Assembly (NCBI RefSeq): GCF_001194135.2
Contig: NC_068989.1
Coordinates: 59,214,703 to 59,278,702 of the forward strand
Source of the DNA: Octopus bimaculoides
Taxonomy: Eukaryota
Direction: 5' to 3'
Length of the DNA: 64,000 bases
Part shown: piece after piece, positions 35,001 through 49,544 of the stretch
Layout: every line of letters starts with the position of its first letter
Numbering within the stretch: the first letter of the stretch is position 1
Made by a program: the position numbers and the translations under genes
Notes under the pieces: model-generated
Database searches by the model: none
Seen by the model: the letters and a program-made list of their open reading frames with translations, nothing else
What the model was told of the DNA's origin: nothing

Positions 35001-38000
35001 GTTTATCTCGGTTATTTCCCTCATTTTACTTAGTTATGCAAATTGTATTGAGTAACTCATTTTATAGACACTTTCAGTCAGCTGACAATTTTTGATGTGT
35101 TTGCCATTCTCTGAATGTTACTCTTTATTTGTATATTAAATGCATGCAATTGGTACACTTGAACAACAATATTAACACCCAACAACATTTTTGATAATAG
35201 ATGGCTATTATGATGCTTATAATGAAATACAATATGTTTACTAAGTTACAGTTCCCGCAAACAATTTACAGGCGTTTATTGTGGGTCACTGTTAACAATG
35301 ACGAACCTTCCTAGTTATTTTATCTAACATAACTCACTGAGTTTCAAATTTTATATTTTCCCGAATTTCATATCCCGACTAATCAAATAAATAACAGTAT
35401 TATATAAGAAGAGCCAAGTATGACATTCACCTCTAGCTGTTCCTACTTAGATGCCAACGAAAAGAGAAACCTTATCTAAAAGTATGAATTTTCTTTCTTT
35501 TAATTTTCGCGTTCAATTCTCCGCTTGTGTTTAGATCTTTTCAGCTTCAATAAAATAGATATTAATAAAAAAAAAATTAAAATAGATTCAGCTCATTATA
35601 TCTTTTCAAATATTGTTGTCTTTCCTAATAAAATGAAATTTGTATAAATATTGGTGATCAAGGAGGCGAGCTGGCTGAATCGTTAGCACGCTGGACGAAA
35701 TGCTTCGCGGTATTTTGCCCGTCGCTACGTTGAGTTCAGATTCCGCCGAGATCGACTTTACATTTCATCCTTTCGGGATCGATAAATTAAGTACCAGTGA
35801 AACATTGGGGTCGATGTAATCGACTATCCCCTCCCCCAAATTTCAGGTCGTGTGCCTATAATAGAAAGGATTTGTCTATTTGCTTTTTTTGTCTGTCTTT
35901 ACGCTCTGAGTTCAAATTCTGCCGAGGTCAACTTTGCCTTTCATCCTTTCGGGGGTCGATAAATTAAGTACCAGTTTTGTACTGTGGTCGATCTAATCAA
36001 CTGGTCCTCTCCCTCATAATTTAGGTCCTTGTGCCTAGAGTAGAAAAGATTAATATTGGTGATCTAAGGTCCCGTTATTTGACTCAAAATATAAACAAAA
36101 ACAAAAGAATAGAATTAACTCTTGTGTGAATTTAGCACAGAAACGCATAAGTCAAACTATAGAATTTTTAGAGGAAAAAATCTGTTGAAATGTGGAACAA
36201 ATTATATAGATAGTTATTATGTCCACTTATGAGAGGAATTAATTGAGACCTTACCAATCCGTCATTAATGACTTCTTTAATCCATAACATTTCAGGTACT
36301 ATATTTTTCAAATACCATTTAAAAGTTTTACATTTTAAGTTTTCACGGAGTGTTTTTCTCTGACTAACATCACCATAATTTACCTAGAAAAGATCAAATC
36401 AATAATTTCTAGTACAATATACCATTTTCCTGGAGATTTAAAAAACATATCGACTTCGTAAATAGATTGCTTTTAAATACATTATAAAATTATTTACCAT
36501 TTCAAACTTAAAAAAAAAAAACGATTAAACATTATATTTTAAGAAATCTTTTAAAAATATTACAACAAATAACAGTATATCTGAATATGTTCGGTGATGA
36601 TTGAACCAGATACACGAGGAACAACGTTGAGTACTTTTTAATAAAATGTTAATCATAGTGATTATTTTTTGATTAGACTGGTGGCCTCGGATGTATAGAC
36701 AGAAATGAGATCGCTTCAATTGTCACGTCTTTAACGACGGCTCTGATAATAGAAAGAAGAACTATTTTCAAGCAACAATCGTAACCAAATTCCATGATTA
36801 ATTAGCTTCATGGTATTCTTTGGCTCTTGCTACAAGTATAAAAATCAAAGAAATTAGATTCAGGTTATCTTTTAGAAATCAGTTTTACTCACCAAATTCC
36901 AGTTAATTCGATTGTAATATATATTTTTGTAATTGTCCATCCAGACTTCCGCTAATCTTATAGCGTTTTTCTTTACTACAGCAACACCCTTTGGCCACTT
37001 ATAAGGGGAAGATGCCCGAAATATATGCCCAACATGAGAGCACGGCATAATATCCATACGACCTCCACACATCCATGTCTGCAAAAAATAACACCCATAT
37101 AAGAACGGATGAATGTTGTAACCAAATGGTGTAAATAAGGTCCACCGTAGTTCTAGTTTATTCCCTAGCTTATACACCCTAGCTTTAAGAGTTAGCGCAC
37201 GATTTTGAAACGAGTTTGTACTTAAGTGAAGTAAAACATGAAAAAGTAGTGTATATACGTCCATCGGTTTAAGGTAAGATTTAGCTTTTGTATACCATTG
37301 TTTAGCATTTTCGGATGTCTAACCAGAATTTTTAGTATGTAACTGGCAGTTAACTTCGATGGGAAAGGCATTTAGCTGACTACTTTCTTTTGAGTAGCTG
37401 TATTCTGAACACGATTTATGATCATAACCTAAATCATCATAACCTAAATCATCATCACCATCACCATCATCATCATCATCATCATCATCGTCATCATCAT
37501 CCTCAACATCGTCATCATCGTCATCGTCATCGTCATCATCATCATCATCATCATCGTCATCATCATCCTCAACATCGTCATCATCGTCATCGTCATCGTC
37601 ATCATTATCATCATCATCATCGTCATCATCATCGTCATCATCGTCATCATCGTCATCGTCATCGTCATCATCATCGTCATCATCATCGTCATCGTCATCA
37701 TCATCGTCATCGTCATCGTCATCGTCGTCATCGTCGTCGTCGTCGTCATCATCATCATCATCATCATCATCAACAAACGTCTATCTTCCATGCTGGCATG
37801 GGTTGGATGGTTTGACAGGAGCTGGCAAGCCAGAAAGTTGCACCAGGCTCCGTTGTTTGTGTTGGCATTGTTTCTACGTCCGAATACCCTTCCTAACGCC
37901 AACCTTCTTTTAGAGAGCACCGGGTGCATTTTATATGACATCAGCACTAGTGCAGCTTATGTGGCATCGACACCAGCTGGAGAGTGGCTTTGTATCAGGT

Positions 38001-38515
38001 GATAGATGAGAATATAATGGAGGAATAGAGTGAGGTGTCTTACTACAGAAGAGATACTTAACTACTCCAGTAGGAAAAGAGAGGAGACGGAGGAAAGATA
38101 AGAGAATCAGAGAGCAAGATAGAGAGACAATCAGAGTGAGCGAGAGAAAATTAGATGGTGTTGGAGATGCATAGGGACCTACACATAGATAACAAGGTAA
38201 GTAGCACGAAGGGGATAGAGGAGTACGCCCATAAGAGTGTGAAGGGCGATTTGGAGAAGTGAAAGAGGTGACTGTAGCAAGTAATGGTGATAGAATTTGG
38301 AGTGGCTGGTTGGTGGATATGGTAGAAATGTGAGGGAGTGGAGAGTGTGCTGATAGGCACGTGAAGCAGAGTGGATGGGTCTGCATGGGTAGTGGGTAGT
38401 GATCATGGATAGTGGTCTGCGGAGGTGGATGATGGGCTGCAGGGGAGTTTTTACAGAAAACAGATTATGTGCGTGAGTGTGTGTGCATGCGTGTGTGTGC
38501 GTGTTTGTGTGTGTG

Positions 38516-38582
<67 letters not shown>

Positions 38583-41500
38583 CCTACCACAACTTCACTT
38601 ATCTTTTTCTTCTCAAGCACAGGAAATCACCAAAGACCTTAGTCCTTATCATCTTAATGAAGCTCAACATCCGAAGATCGTTTCTCACCACTTCATCCCA
38701 CATCTTCCTGGGTCAACTTTTTCCACAGATTCCCTCTACACTTAGAGATTGTTACAGCATTATGCAGCTATCTTCATCTGTACGCATCACATGACCATAG
38801 CAGCGCAGTCTTCTCTCTTGCACACTAGATCTGATGCCGCTTACACGTAATTTTTCCCTTCAAACTTTTACCCTCTGTCGCACATGTACAATGACATTGT
38901 ACATCCGGTGGAACATGCTGGCTTCATTTCATTCAAGCTTTCGCATCTCCTCTGCAGTTACAGCCCATGTTTCATTGCTATTTAGCATAACTGTCCAAAC
39001 ACAAGCATGCAGCATGATTGAACGATTATTTTTTGTCAGAAGATATGATGCAAATTCGTGTCAATTCTGCTGATGAAGTTTATTATTGAACATGAATGAG
39101 TACAACGATGTGTTGTAATGTAGTTCTTCATTATGCTTCTGTGTAAGTGGCATTTGCCGAAGTTTAGGTTTAATGTGATGCTTAAGATGTTTACAATACT
39201 TACTTCAATCTCTACCGGCAAGTTTTAAATTTAATTATTTAAACGTTGGTATAAAATCTTTCCTAAATTTATCTAGATGTAACTAGTCATACAATACATA
39301 AAAAGAATTACATCGCCGAGGCAAGTAAAAATGCGAAATGAAAACCGATTCGACCCCCACGTAACTAGAAACTTCCTAACGTTATCCTAACATTATAATG
39401 CAGACATTTCCCCAACAATAACAAATACTATAAGGTATACAAGAAATATGATATAAAAGTTAGTTAGACCTGCATGAAAATCATCGCCAACTCCGTTGTT
39501 AGAATGTAACAGAAGCACACACGTGCGAATAAGACAAACTCTTCATTTCAGTTAACTTACAGCATTATTATGCTCTACATTCTCAATAATAGGTCACTAA
39601 CAGGAATAGACGTCTTCAGGGTCAATGTGACTCTTACAGAAATAAAGAGAAGAGATGCCGAGAATATGTACCATATCATTTGAAATTACGATCTGTGATA
39701 AACCGGTGATCTGCCAGAAGAATATCTTTTATTTATTCCTTATGAAAATAAAGCTAAGAATGACCAATAAATGCTACTCAGCGCCAAGGTGACGTTTACG
39801 TACAATTAAAATACTACTGTGCTGGAAATGACGTAAAGACAATTGGTCCAACTGTATCTCAATAGTAAATTTTGTTTGTTAATATTGTACTATTACAGTG
39901 CGGCGAGCTGGCAGAATCGTTTGCACGCAGGGCGAAATGCTTAGCGGTATTTCGGCTGCTGTTACGTTCTAAGTTCAAATTCCGCCGAGTTCAACTTTGC
40001 TTTTCATCCTTTCGGGGTCGATTAAATAAGTACCAGTTATGCACTGGGGGGGTCGATTTAATCGACTTAATCCGTTTGTCTGTCCTTTTTTGTCCCCACT
40101 ATGTTTAGCCCTCTGTGGGCAATAAATATTGTACTACTACACTAATGTAATCATTATATTATTTTATGTATAGTAATCTTAATAGTTGTCATTTTGATAT
40201 CAAAGAAAAGGCATCTTACCTTAAAAGATAGCTCAAGATTTTCAGAACCCCACGTTTCAAAACCGGGGTCGAAAGTGCCCAATCTTTCAAAGAAATCTTT
40301 TCTCATTGATAAAAGACCACCTGCAATTGTCGGAGTCCTGCAAATATAAGAACCACATATGTACAAAACTATGTGATATATTTTTTTAATGTTTTCTATG
40401 ATAAAAAAAAAGCAGTAAACATTTCAAATATTGGCATTTTTTAAAAAACCCATTGAAGTTTTCACGGAATTGTTGAAAACTTTATATTTCAATGGAGATG
40501 GCTATTTTATCACCCTAAACAAATCATAATGTGTGGTGACTGGATTCTCGCCATGCTATAATATGACGACTGCACACGTTTGGTAATCTACAGTCTTACT
40601 GAGAAATATTAGATGGCAACGAAGCTGTAGATTGCCCAGTTCTATCTTGTTATGATGTTTTGGATTATTTGCATCGTCAGAGCTACTTTCAGTATCTTTA
40701 ATATATCCCAAAATTGCCTACATATTGTTTTTAACACTGTTGTCCGTGGTGATAATTTCCCAGCCTATATACCTATTGTTTACTTTTTGGAGTTCATCGG
40801 TAAAATCATTTTAGATAAGTCTTGTTCAAAGAATCATTGTTTACTCTTTAAAAGAGAGATTCTTTGCCATTAAGCAAGGATCTTTTGTTTCAGATGTCAT
40901 ATTTGGCATGTATTTGTCATAATATATTTTTTTATCAATTTTTATCATTTTCTTATTGATTTGAAGACTGTAAAAGATTTTTCTCTTATCTATTTTCTCT
41001 GTACGATATTTACTCAAGATTTGGTATTCCTATATCAATATGTTGAAAATATCACTCACTTCCCTATTTTAAATATAATAGCTACTCACATATATATTTC
41101 GTTCTAGCTGGTGATATTGATATTATTGTTATTTTTCATTATGCCTCTGATAAACAGATATTATTTTATTATCGCCGTTACTGACTTATTTAGTTTTATT
41201 TTGTTGATTAACATGGAAATATAGTGCTTCCAATTCTTTGATTTCTTCCACCTTTATATTATTATCATATTTAAGATTTCCATCTTTTATTTTCATATTT
41301 TTAGATATGTTTAATAATCCATGTTTTTCGTATTTTTGTTTGTGTTGTTCACGTTCATTTTATGTTGATCTGCATTCTGTGGATGTTTTCATTTTTTTTG
41401 TTTTGTTAGTTTTGTGATTTACATTGTTTGTCACAATTTGGTTCCATACTGTTCATTTGCATTCCCGATATTTTTATCTTTTTAGACCTTGCGTTTGTTG

Positions 41501-44500
41501 TATTTTAGTTGTGTATTCTTTTAATTGTTCCATTTCGATTGCTGATATTCCGTTTGCTTTAAGCATGTGCCTTTTTAAATTAGTTATTTTGTTGAGATTC
41601 ATAGTTATGTTTAGATTCCTGTTATTTTCCTTTCAAATTGTATATGACTATTGTCGTTTCGCTTTTGGTGACAGAATGCAGGTTTAAAATTTGTGTTCAG
41701 AATAGAAACATATCCTTCTCATGTTCACTTATATCCCGATATCGAATGTTATTGCTCTGCTACCCATTTCGGCCGGATTTGTTCACCCAAGCCAGAGATA
41801 ATTTCTTTTGATAATTTATATCCAATTCATGAAAATACTTTCCTTGTAACAGCCTAGCTTCATACTTCTTTACTTCTATATTATTCTTATGTATGGTTCA
41901 CTACTGCTTTAAATTGGACACTTACTATTCTAAGTTTAAACCAAATTTTGTAAAAATTTTGCTGTTGTCGATAAAAAAAGATTTGCTTTCGTTTATTAGC
42001 CAAACAAGGACACGAAACAAGATTTGTGGGTCGAATAAGTAGTGGACAACATTAATGACTGATTTTTTATATTTCTTCTTGACACTCGGTAGTTCCCAGC
42101 CAACCTTTCCTGTTGAGAAGTACAGTGGCCGATTGTCAGATTTAGTGTGTCATCTTTTGTAAATACATTAAATAAACTATCATACTGATATTATCAGTTG
42201 CAGAAACGTTAGACATTCTGCCTGTGTTAGATATCATTTGTGTTACTTTAGTTGTCGGTCTTGTCACTTCAAGTGTTTATCGTTGTTTTAATTATTCCTG
42301 TGTGCCACACATTGAAGGGCCATCGGTAATTAACCCAGCAGTGCACTGAGGTAATTGTCACCTAATCTTTAATCACGACTGAGTTCAAACGCAGTTGAAG
42401 TCGATGTAGGCGAAGCAAGAGAGATTGCATACTACTTTTAAATAAGAGTTTTAAACAAAGTTAAAATATTTTAACATAACAAGTGAAACGCATATCGACA
42501 ACATATAACGAATATATAGAATGTGCAAAGAAATGGTATACTCACATAACCGGGTCTAAATTTGATATTCGGATTTTCTTAATTCTTTCTGGTAATAGCA
42601 TCCATTTAAAAGCTAAAGACCAGTCAAATATGCCGACATTGATATCATCCCCGAGAGCGGTGAAGTACTCGAATGTATTACTGTCAATAGTATCAATGAC
42701 TGGTGATACCACAGAATTCGGCTTTTCAACAAGTCTTGCTAGCATAGGGCGCAACCAGTCTTTAAACAAAGAACAAAACATACTTTTTGAAATTTTGTGT
42801 AAAATATTTCATTTTAATACCCTCTTCTTTAGGTTATATTTGTTTTCCTAAGTGTATGTAAACTAATAATTAACTTTAGAAATAGCAGAAGGATTGTCCT
42901 CCGAACGATTTTCTACTAGTCGTTAGGTAATATTTACACATTTGATTGCTAGTTTGTGTAATTTATCTGATGTTACGTTTATTTCTTCGTTGTATCGTTT
43001 ATTCGTCTTACAATACTATTCACTCACTCACTCAGTAAATAAATTTAAAATAAGACCAAGCACTAAAAGACAGCATTGAAATTTATGAAGAAATAAGATA
43101 TGATTTTAACTTAACTTAGTCGCGTTCTTTTTTCTCTTTTAAAGAAATTCAAAGGTAGCCCATCCACTAAGTGGTCGCTTAGTATGCAAAAATAGCAAGG
43201 ATCATGTTGGTATGTTCTGAGGACAATAGCTTAGCAAAGTGATATGCCAACAAATTCACTTCTGATAATTTATTTTCAAATTATTAAAAGATATTCCTTT
43301 AACAAATTTCAGAAGGGAAAGGGTGGAGTAACATTTTTATAGTATACATCATTAAAACATGGTGTGAATTATGCGACACTCCTTCCCTCTCTCAAAACAT
43401 TTTTTTCACAATAAATTCCGATATACTCGTAATCTATCCCGTCAGTAAGGTATTTGTAGAAACCTTAATTTAAAACTACCCATTTTGCTTGGAATTATGA
43501 AGAAACAAACTGAGACGTGTGGATTATTCACAACTCCTGGAAACCACCTCTCCGAAAAGCTTTTCGCAACAAATACTTATATAATCGTAATCTACACCAT
43601 TTAAAACGTATTCGTAGAAAATTTCATGGGAAAATATCCATTTATCTGAAAGTTATTAAGAAATAATTTAGTATATGCTCATTGTCAGTGGGAAATACAT
43701 TAATTGAAAGACAATTGGATTTCTTCCAGAAATACAAACTTCCAGTGCTCTAGTGTCATAGATCTGAGTGATATGATCTTATTTAGCTGACATTAGGAAG
43801 CATTTTAAAGTTCTGATTGAAGTAAATTCACATATATCATTGCTGCTATCCATTTATGAGAGCAATGTCATGTGCTGAAGTTAGAAAGTGAGTTACTCCA
43901 TTTGTGATCATAGGCTATACAACTAATGTCAAAATTTGTCTTCTGTGTATGCAGAGACTAGCTGGATGACTGAGATTCTAAAGTTCTTACGATACAAATA
44001 TATGACTTTTTGTCCTGAATGGAAATCAATATTGAATATTCGATAACAATACAATAATTATCAGTAATATACTTGGTCTTCTCTACAATATCACCTCCAT
44101 AACAAAATTGATTTTAACCTATAGATAAACAGAAATTATTATTGATACCTGCCACACATTCGCAGTGTGAATCTAGGAACGTAATTATTTCGCTCCTTGA
44201 TGCATTTACCCCGAATAGCCTCGCTCGAATTAAACCTAGTCGTGTTGTACTTCTGATTATGCGGACTTTTGGTAGCTGTTTTATATAATCCTCCAACGGT
44301 CTTTTGAGGAATTCTGAAGGATAAAACAAAAGTTACACATATAGATATTATAAAAACACTGTTAATATTGTTCTGCATTCATCCATACACAGAATTGGGT
44401 GTGGATTTTGAAATGCTGACACACGTACACTAATAAGTAAATTAAAAAAACAAAACACCAAACAATATAAATTTATATACATCTTACGAATATGCATATA

Positions 44501-47067
44501 ATTAACAATGCATGTAATAAATAATGAATTACATCGTGTTTTCTCCATCATTATAATTATATGCAAATTTATCGTCGCTGCGGAAAAGTAAGTTAAGTGC
44601 TTACACTGCACGTTTTATCTATGAGAATACTCTAGAAAACAGAGCAACTTGTATAGTTTCAAGTGATCATACAGCCACCAGAGAATTAAAGCAACTTCTG
44701 TCCACTCAAATATGACTAGATTGTTACTATTTATAGTGCGTGGTGACTGCTCTCCGTTAATGGAGGTGAAATAACACACCCGGCTTGTAAATGCTATAAA
44801 AACTAGGAACGACCTGAACAAGGGTTATCTCAAGAGTTATGCTCCTTAACCCTGAATAGTTTTCTGAAAATGTGTGTACAGTTTAGTAGTTGTTATTCGA
44901 GTAAGGATATCGTGTGTGTAAGATTTTTTCAGAGAGGAGTGTATTCGAATGCTGAAGCTCATGCTAGAGCGCATATATTTGTGTGTTCGTTTACGCATTG
45001 GTTAAACTCTTTGCTGGGTTCTCAGAATTTAGGGTTGGGGAAAAAGAGCGAAGGTGGAGAACTGATTGTAGTAATGATGGACCTGTAGTCACGGTAAAAT
45101 ATATCTGCTCTCATGTGGGCAAGGACTAAAACTTTCACTTCTGCTGTTTAGGTAGATGTTTGGGTGGTGAGAATTTTATATGATTCTTTTCTCGGCTAAA
45201 CATTATCAGCATTTTCTGTTGCAATTAAATGCTGATTACATTTAGCTGAGAAAAGAATATTAAAAAGTTCTCAGCAGCCAGATATCTACCTAAACTGCAG
45301 AAGTCATATTTTTAACCTTTGTCCACAGGTTATCTTGCCTACGGGCTCCATCATTACTATAATCACCAGTTCTTTCCCTTCGGCTCTTTCATCCCGAACC
45401 CTGAGAAGCCAGCAAAGAGTTCACAGACATATATGCTCTAACATGGGCTTGAATTTCTCTAAGATATTTTACTTCCTTTTACGACGCGCTTTTTTGAGTC
45501 GTGGGTCGTGGGGAAATTGAATGCTTCCATTGACTTGCTTGCTGCTTCGTTTCCGGATCGTAGCCGTGTCGCCAGCTTTCGTCACCAGTGATGACCATCG
45601 AAAACGGGTCCGGATCAACTTCCAACTGTTCTTTCAGTTTACGACACACATTCAGTCGTGACTGCTTTTGATCTTCCATGAGCAAACGATGCACAAATTT
45701 TGCTGAAACTCGTTTCATTCACATTTTCTTGCACAACATTTGTTGACAGGAGCTCCAGAACACACCAGTCATATAAATAAATTCGTCAATTGTTCAGAGA
45801 CGATCCTCCAAAATCAGTTCATGAATTTTTCTGGTGCTTTCCTTTGTTCGGTAGGTCGACGGTTGCCCTGCATGAGGTTGGTTTTCAAACAACAAGTGAC
45901 CATTTCTAAAGCGTGAAAACCACTTGTAAACTTCTGTTTTGCTCATGGCAACATCCTTGTAAGCTGTTTGAATCATGGCAACTATTTCGGCCGCCGTTTT
46001 CCCCAGTAGAAGATAGAATTTCACAGATACACGCTGTTACTTCGTTTCAAGGTCGCCTCAAGTGGCTTCTAGCGACGGTAGCACGAACTACAACGGACTT
46101 GTTTCTTTTGGGTACCCCCTCGTACTAAAGTATACATACATACATACATGCATACATACATACATACATACATACATGCATACATACATACTACGCATAA
46201 TATTTAGGGTCATAGGTAGGCAACTATACCAATAGAAAAAGGAAAGTTGGAACGTAAGAGAAATAATGAACAATGGAAAATGAATGAACGACTAAAGAAA
46301 GACTAATGAATGAATGGCATATATAAATTAAGAAAATTTGGAAGTGGTTTTGGATCCACCAAACTTAATGATGGACATTATGCTATATTAATGTCAAAAA
46401 ATAGAAAGCAAACATGCCATTTATATCAAAGTAAATACAAATTCATCAGTGGTACATTCAATACTCAAAAGTTATATTGGCAAATTAAATTGGTATGGAT
46501 TTTGAGAGATATTGTGGGAAATTAATGTTATAAATAAATATTCGTACTTTTTATAAAGATTATAAGCAATTTAAGTAAAAAGACTTACAACGTGATATTA
46601 AAATGGATCGAGAGTCAGTTTCCCTAAAAAAAAAAAAAGATCGCAAATGCATATTATGTATGGAGTATGTTATAAACATACATTAAAATTAATGAAGAAT
46701 CTGAATAGAATTTCATTGGTATCCGAGGGTTTGGGAATATGAGTATAGCGACCAAACCGGTACAAATAAAAATGAAATGTAGTGGAATAAGAAAATACTT
46801 ACGGAAAGTAGACGCGTCATCAACTAATATGATACTTGACAGCAATTCTAATGAAGTGTGTCTAAGAACACTGTGAACGGTACGCAGCAATGTAGACCAA
46901 GCTTCGTTGTGGAAGCAAATTATTACTGTAGTGCTAGGTAGGTTACTGGGATAAGTCACTCGGTCACATCTGAAGAAATCGAATTGTTAATGTAATGAAC
47001 ATGAAGAAAAGCTGAAACTGAATACTTTAAACCCTTATATGTACACATTCACATGCACACACACACA

Positions 47068-47117
<50 letters not shown>

Positions 47118-47516
47118 NNNNNNNNNNNNNNNNNNNNNNNNNNNNNNNNNNNNNNNNNNNNNNNNNNNNNNNNNNNNNNNNNNNNNNNNNNNNNNNNNNN
47201 NNNNNNNNNNNNNNNNNNNNNNNNNNNNNNNNNNNNNNNNNNNNNNNNNNNNNNNNNNNNNNNNNNNNNNNNNNNNNNNNNNNNNNNNNNNNNNNNNNNN
47301 NNNNNNNNNNNNNNNNNNNNNNNNNNNNNNNNNNNNNNNNNNNNNNNNNNNNNNNNNNNNNNNNNNNNNNNNNNNNNNNNNNNNNNNNNNNNNNNNNNNN
47401 NNNNNNNNNNNNNNNNNNNNNNNNNNNNNNNNNNNNNNNNNNNNNNNNNNNNNNNNNNNNNNNNNNNNNNNNNNNNNNNNNNNNNNNNNNNNNNNNNNNN
47501 NNNNNNNNNNNNNNNN

Positions 47517-47547
<31 letters not shown>

Positions 47548-48013
47548 AGAGTAAGCACATAAATGTGAAACAAGGTAGGAAAAATAATACTCGAATACCG
47601 GGGATAGTGTAATATGCTTTATTATTAAAGCTGCAGAAACATCAGAAAAATATCAAAAAAAAATTGCTTCTCAGAGTTTCACGTTCCCGTTCGTCGGACA
47701 GTTGTGTTTAAGAATTCTTAATCACAACTGTCCGACGAACGGCACTGTGTTTTATAACACATGTCACTTTGCGACACTTCGAGGACAAAATATTACAGCT
47801 AGTACTGTACTCCTGTTGTATATACATTATATGTTATACATATCGGTGTTATACAAACATATATACACTCACATACACATATAAACATACACACATACAT
47901 GTATAAGCATGCATGCAAACAAGCACTCACATATGTAAGCATATATACATGTGTGTGTGTGTGTCTATATATATGTATATATATACAGATATATACATAG
48001 ATATATGTCTGTA

Positions 48014-48095
<82 letters not shown>

Positions 48096-49270
48096 GAAAA
48101 GGTAAAGAGATCTCATGAATAAATTCATATTAAAAAAAGAACATACTTTAGAAAAAGTAAGAAAGTATTTATATATTTATCACCATAATAGCTACCGGTT
48201 TCAATTCGTTTAAAAAGACAACTTAGTCTTGCTGGATTAAATGGAATTATAATAAATTGAACTTTCATAATATAAGTTCTGAAAGTTCACATGTTTTTGT
48301 TATAACTCACAGCAACGTATCAACAAAGAAATAACTTTCATAACCAAATACCAACCATACTTAAATTCCTGTAGCGAAGTTAAGGAGACAACTACCACCA
48401 AATCTGCTGCATTTTGGCTAAATTCACAAAAATGACCTTTACTAGTTAGGATTATAACTACTGCCACCACCATTTACAGCGTTACCTGCTGCTGCTACGG
48501 CTAGTAACAGCCTTGCCTGCTTCTTTAATAAGCAACTAATACGGCTATTATTGCTGCTCATATTACCGAGCAAAAATCAGGACGTTTTCATTTCTATAAG
48601 AGACTGAAACCGGTAGCCGCTTATTTAGATGAAAATATAACTTGTTGAATTTTCCTGATAAGGTTCTCAGGAAAATTCAACAAGTTATATCTTTTATCTT
48701 TAACATATGTTCCCCTATTAACCAGAAACTGTTCTTTCACCTCTCTTTCTCCTTCTCTTCTAACAAATTCACCTTACTACCACTCCTAAATTTTCTCTTT
48801 CTCTTCTCATCCTGACAATTTTATGTCTGAAATTCTTTCCTTTTATTTTCTTTGATTCTGTTTAAATGTATATACATGGGAGCGAAAATATTTTTATTTA
48901 TTTATTTACATTTGACATAGTAAATGACCCCAGGCTTGTATTAACAAAGATCTTCCTCTAATCAGCTACAATCTAAGCAAAATTCCCGTCTCTTCCCCAT
49001 TTCCTTTTCTTTATTCTTTTTCTTTTTCTTTGCCCACTCCTATGTCTTATTTCTTCATACATATGTCTTTCTTTTTTGTTCTCTCACTCCGAGCTTTCCA
49101 GTCATTTTCGATCAAATCTCCTGCGGCAATGCAACCTTCATTTAACTATGGTATCTTCGGCCTGATGAGTAGCTAGTGGAGTACATTCGTTAAGTAATTA
49201 ATACTTTCAAGCTTTTGTTTGGAAACATATGTAGCCTGGATTTTACCTGCTCCATTCCCTAAATTTGTAT

Positions 49271-49335
<65 letters not shown>

Positions 49336-49416
49336 TGGTTAAATCGAAGAGACCATTACAGAGAATGCTTCTGATTTCGAGGACTAAAGCACTACCAGTG
49401 TGTTTGTGTGTATGTA

Positions 49417-49488
<72 letters not shown>

Positions 49489-49498
49489 NNNNNNNNNN

Positions 49499-49544
<46 letters not shown>

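Noticed and set aside
37390-37947. Poly-His ORF (+) and poly-Met/Thr ORF (-)
   Set aside because: Both are by-products of a CAT/CGT microsatellite inside a GALNT intron, with no supporting splice context.
47027-47612. Long ORFs over N gaps and TA/CA/GA repeats (also near 0.1, 20.8, 22.7, 23.4, 33.6, 49.3, 53.9, 57.5, 58.5 kb)
   Set aside because: They are artefacts of ambiguous bases and microsatellites.
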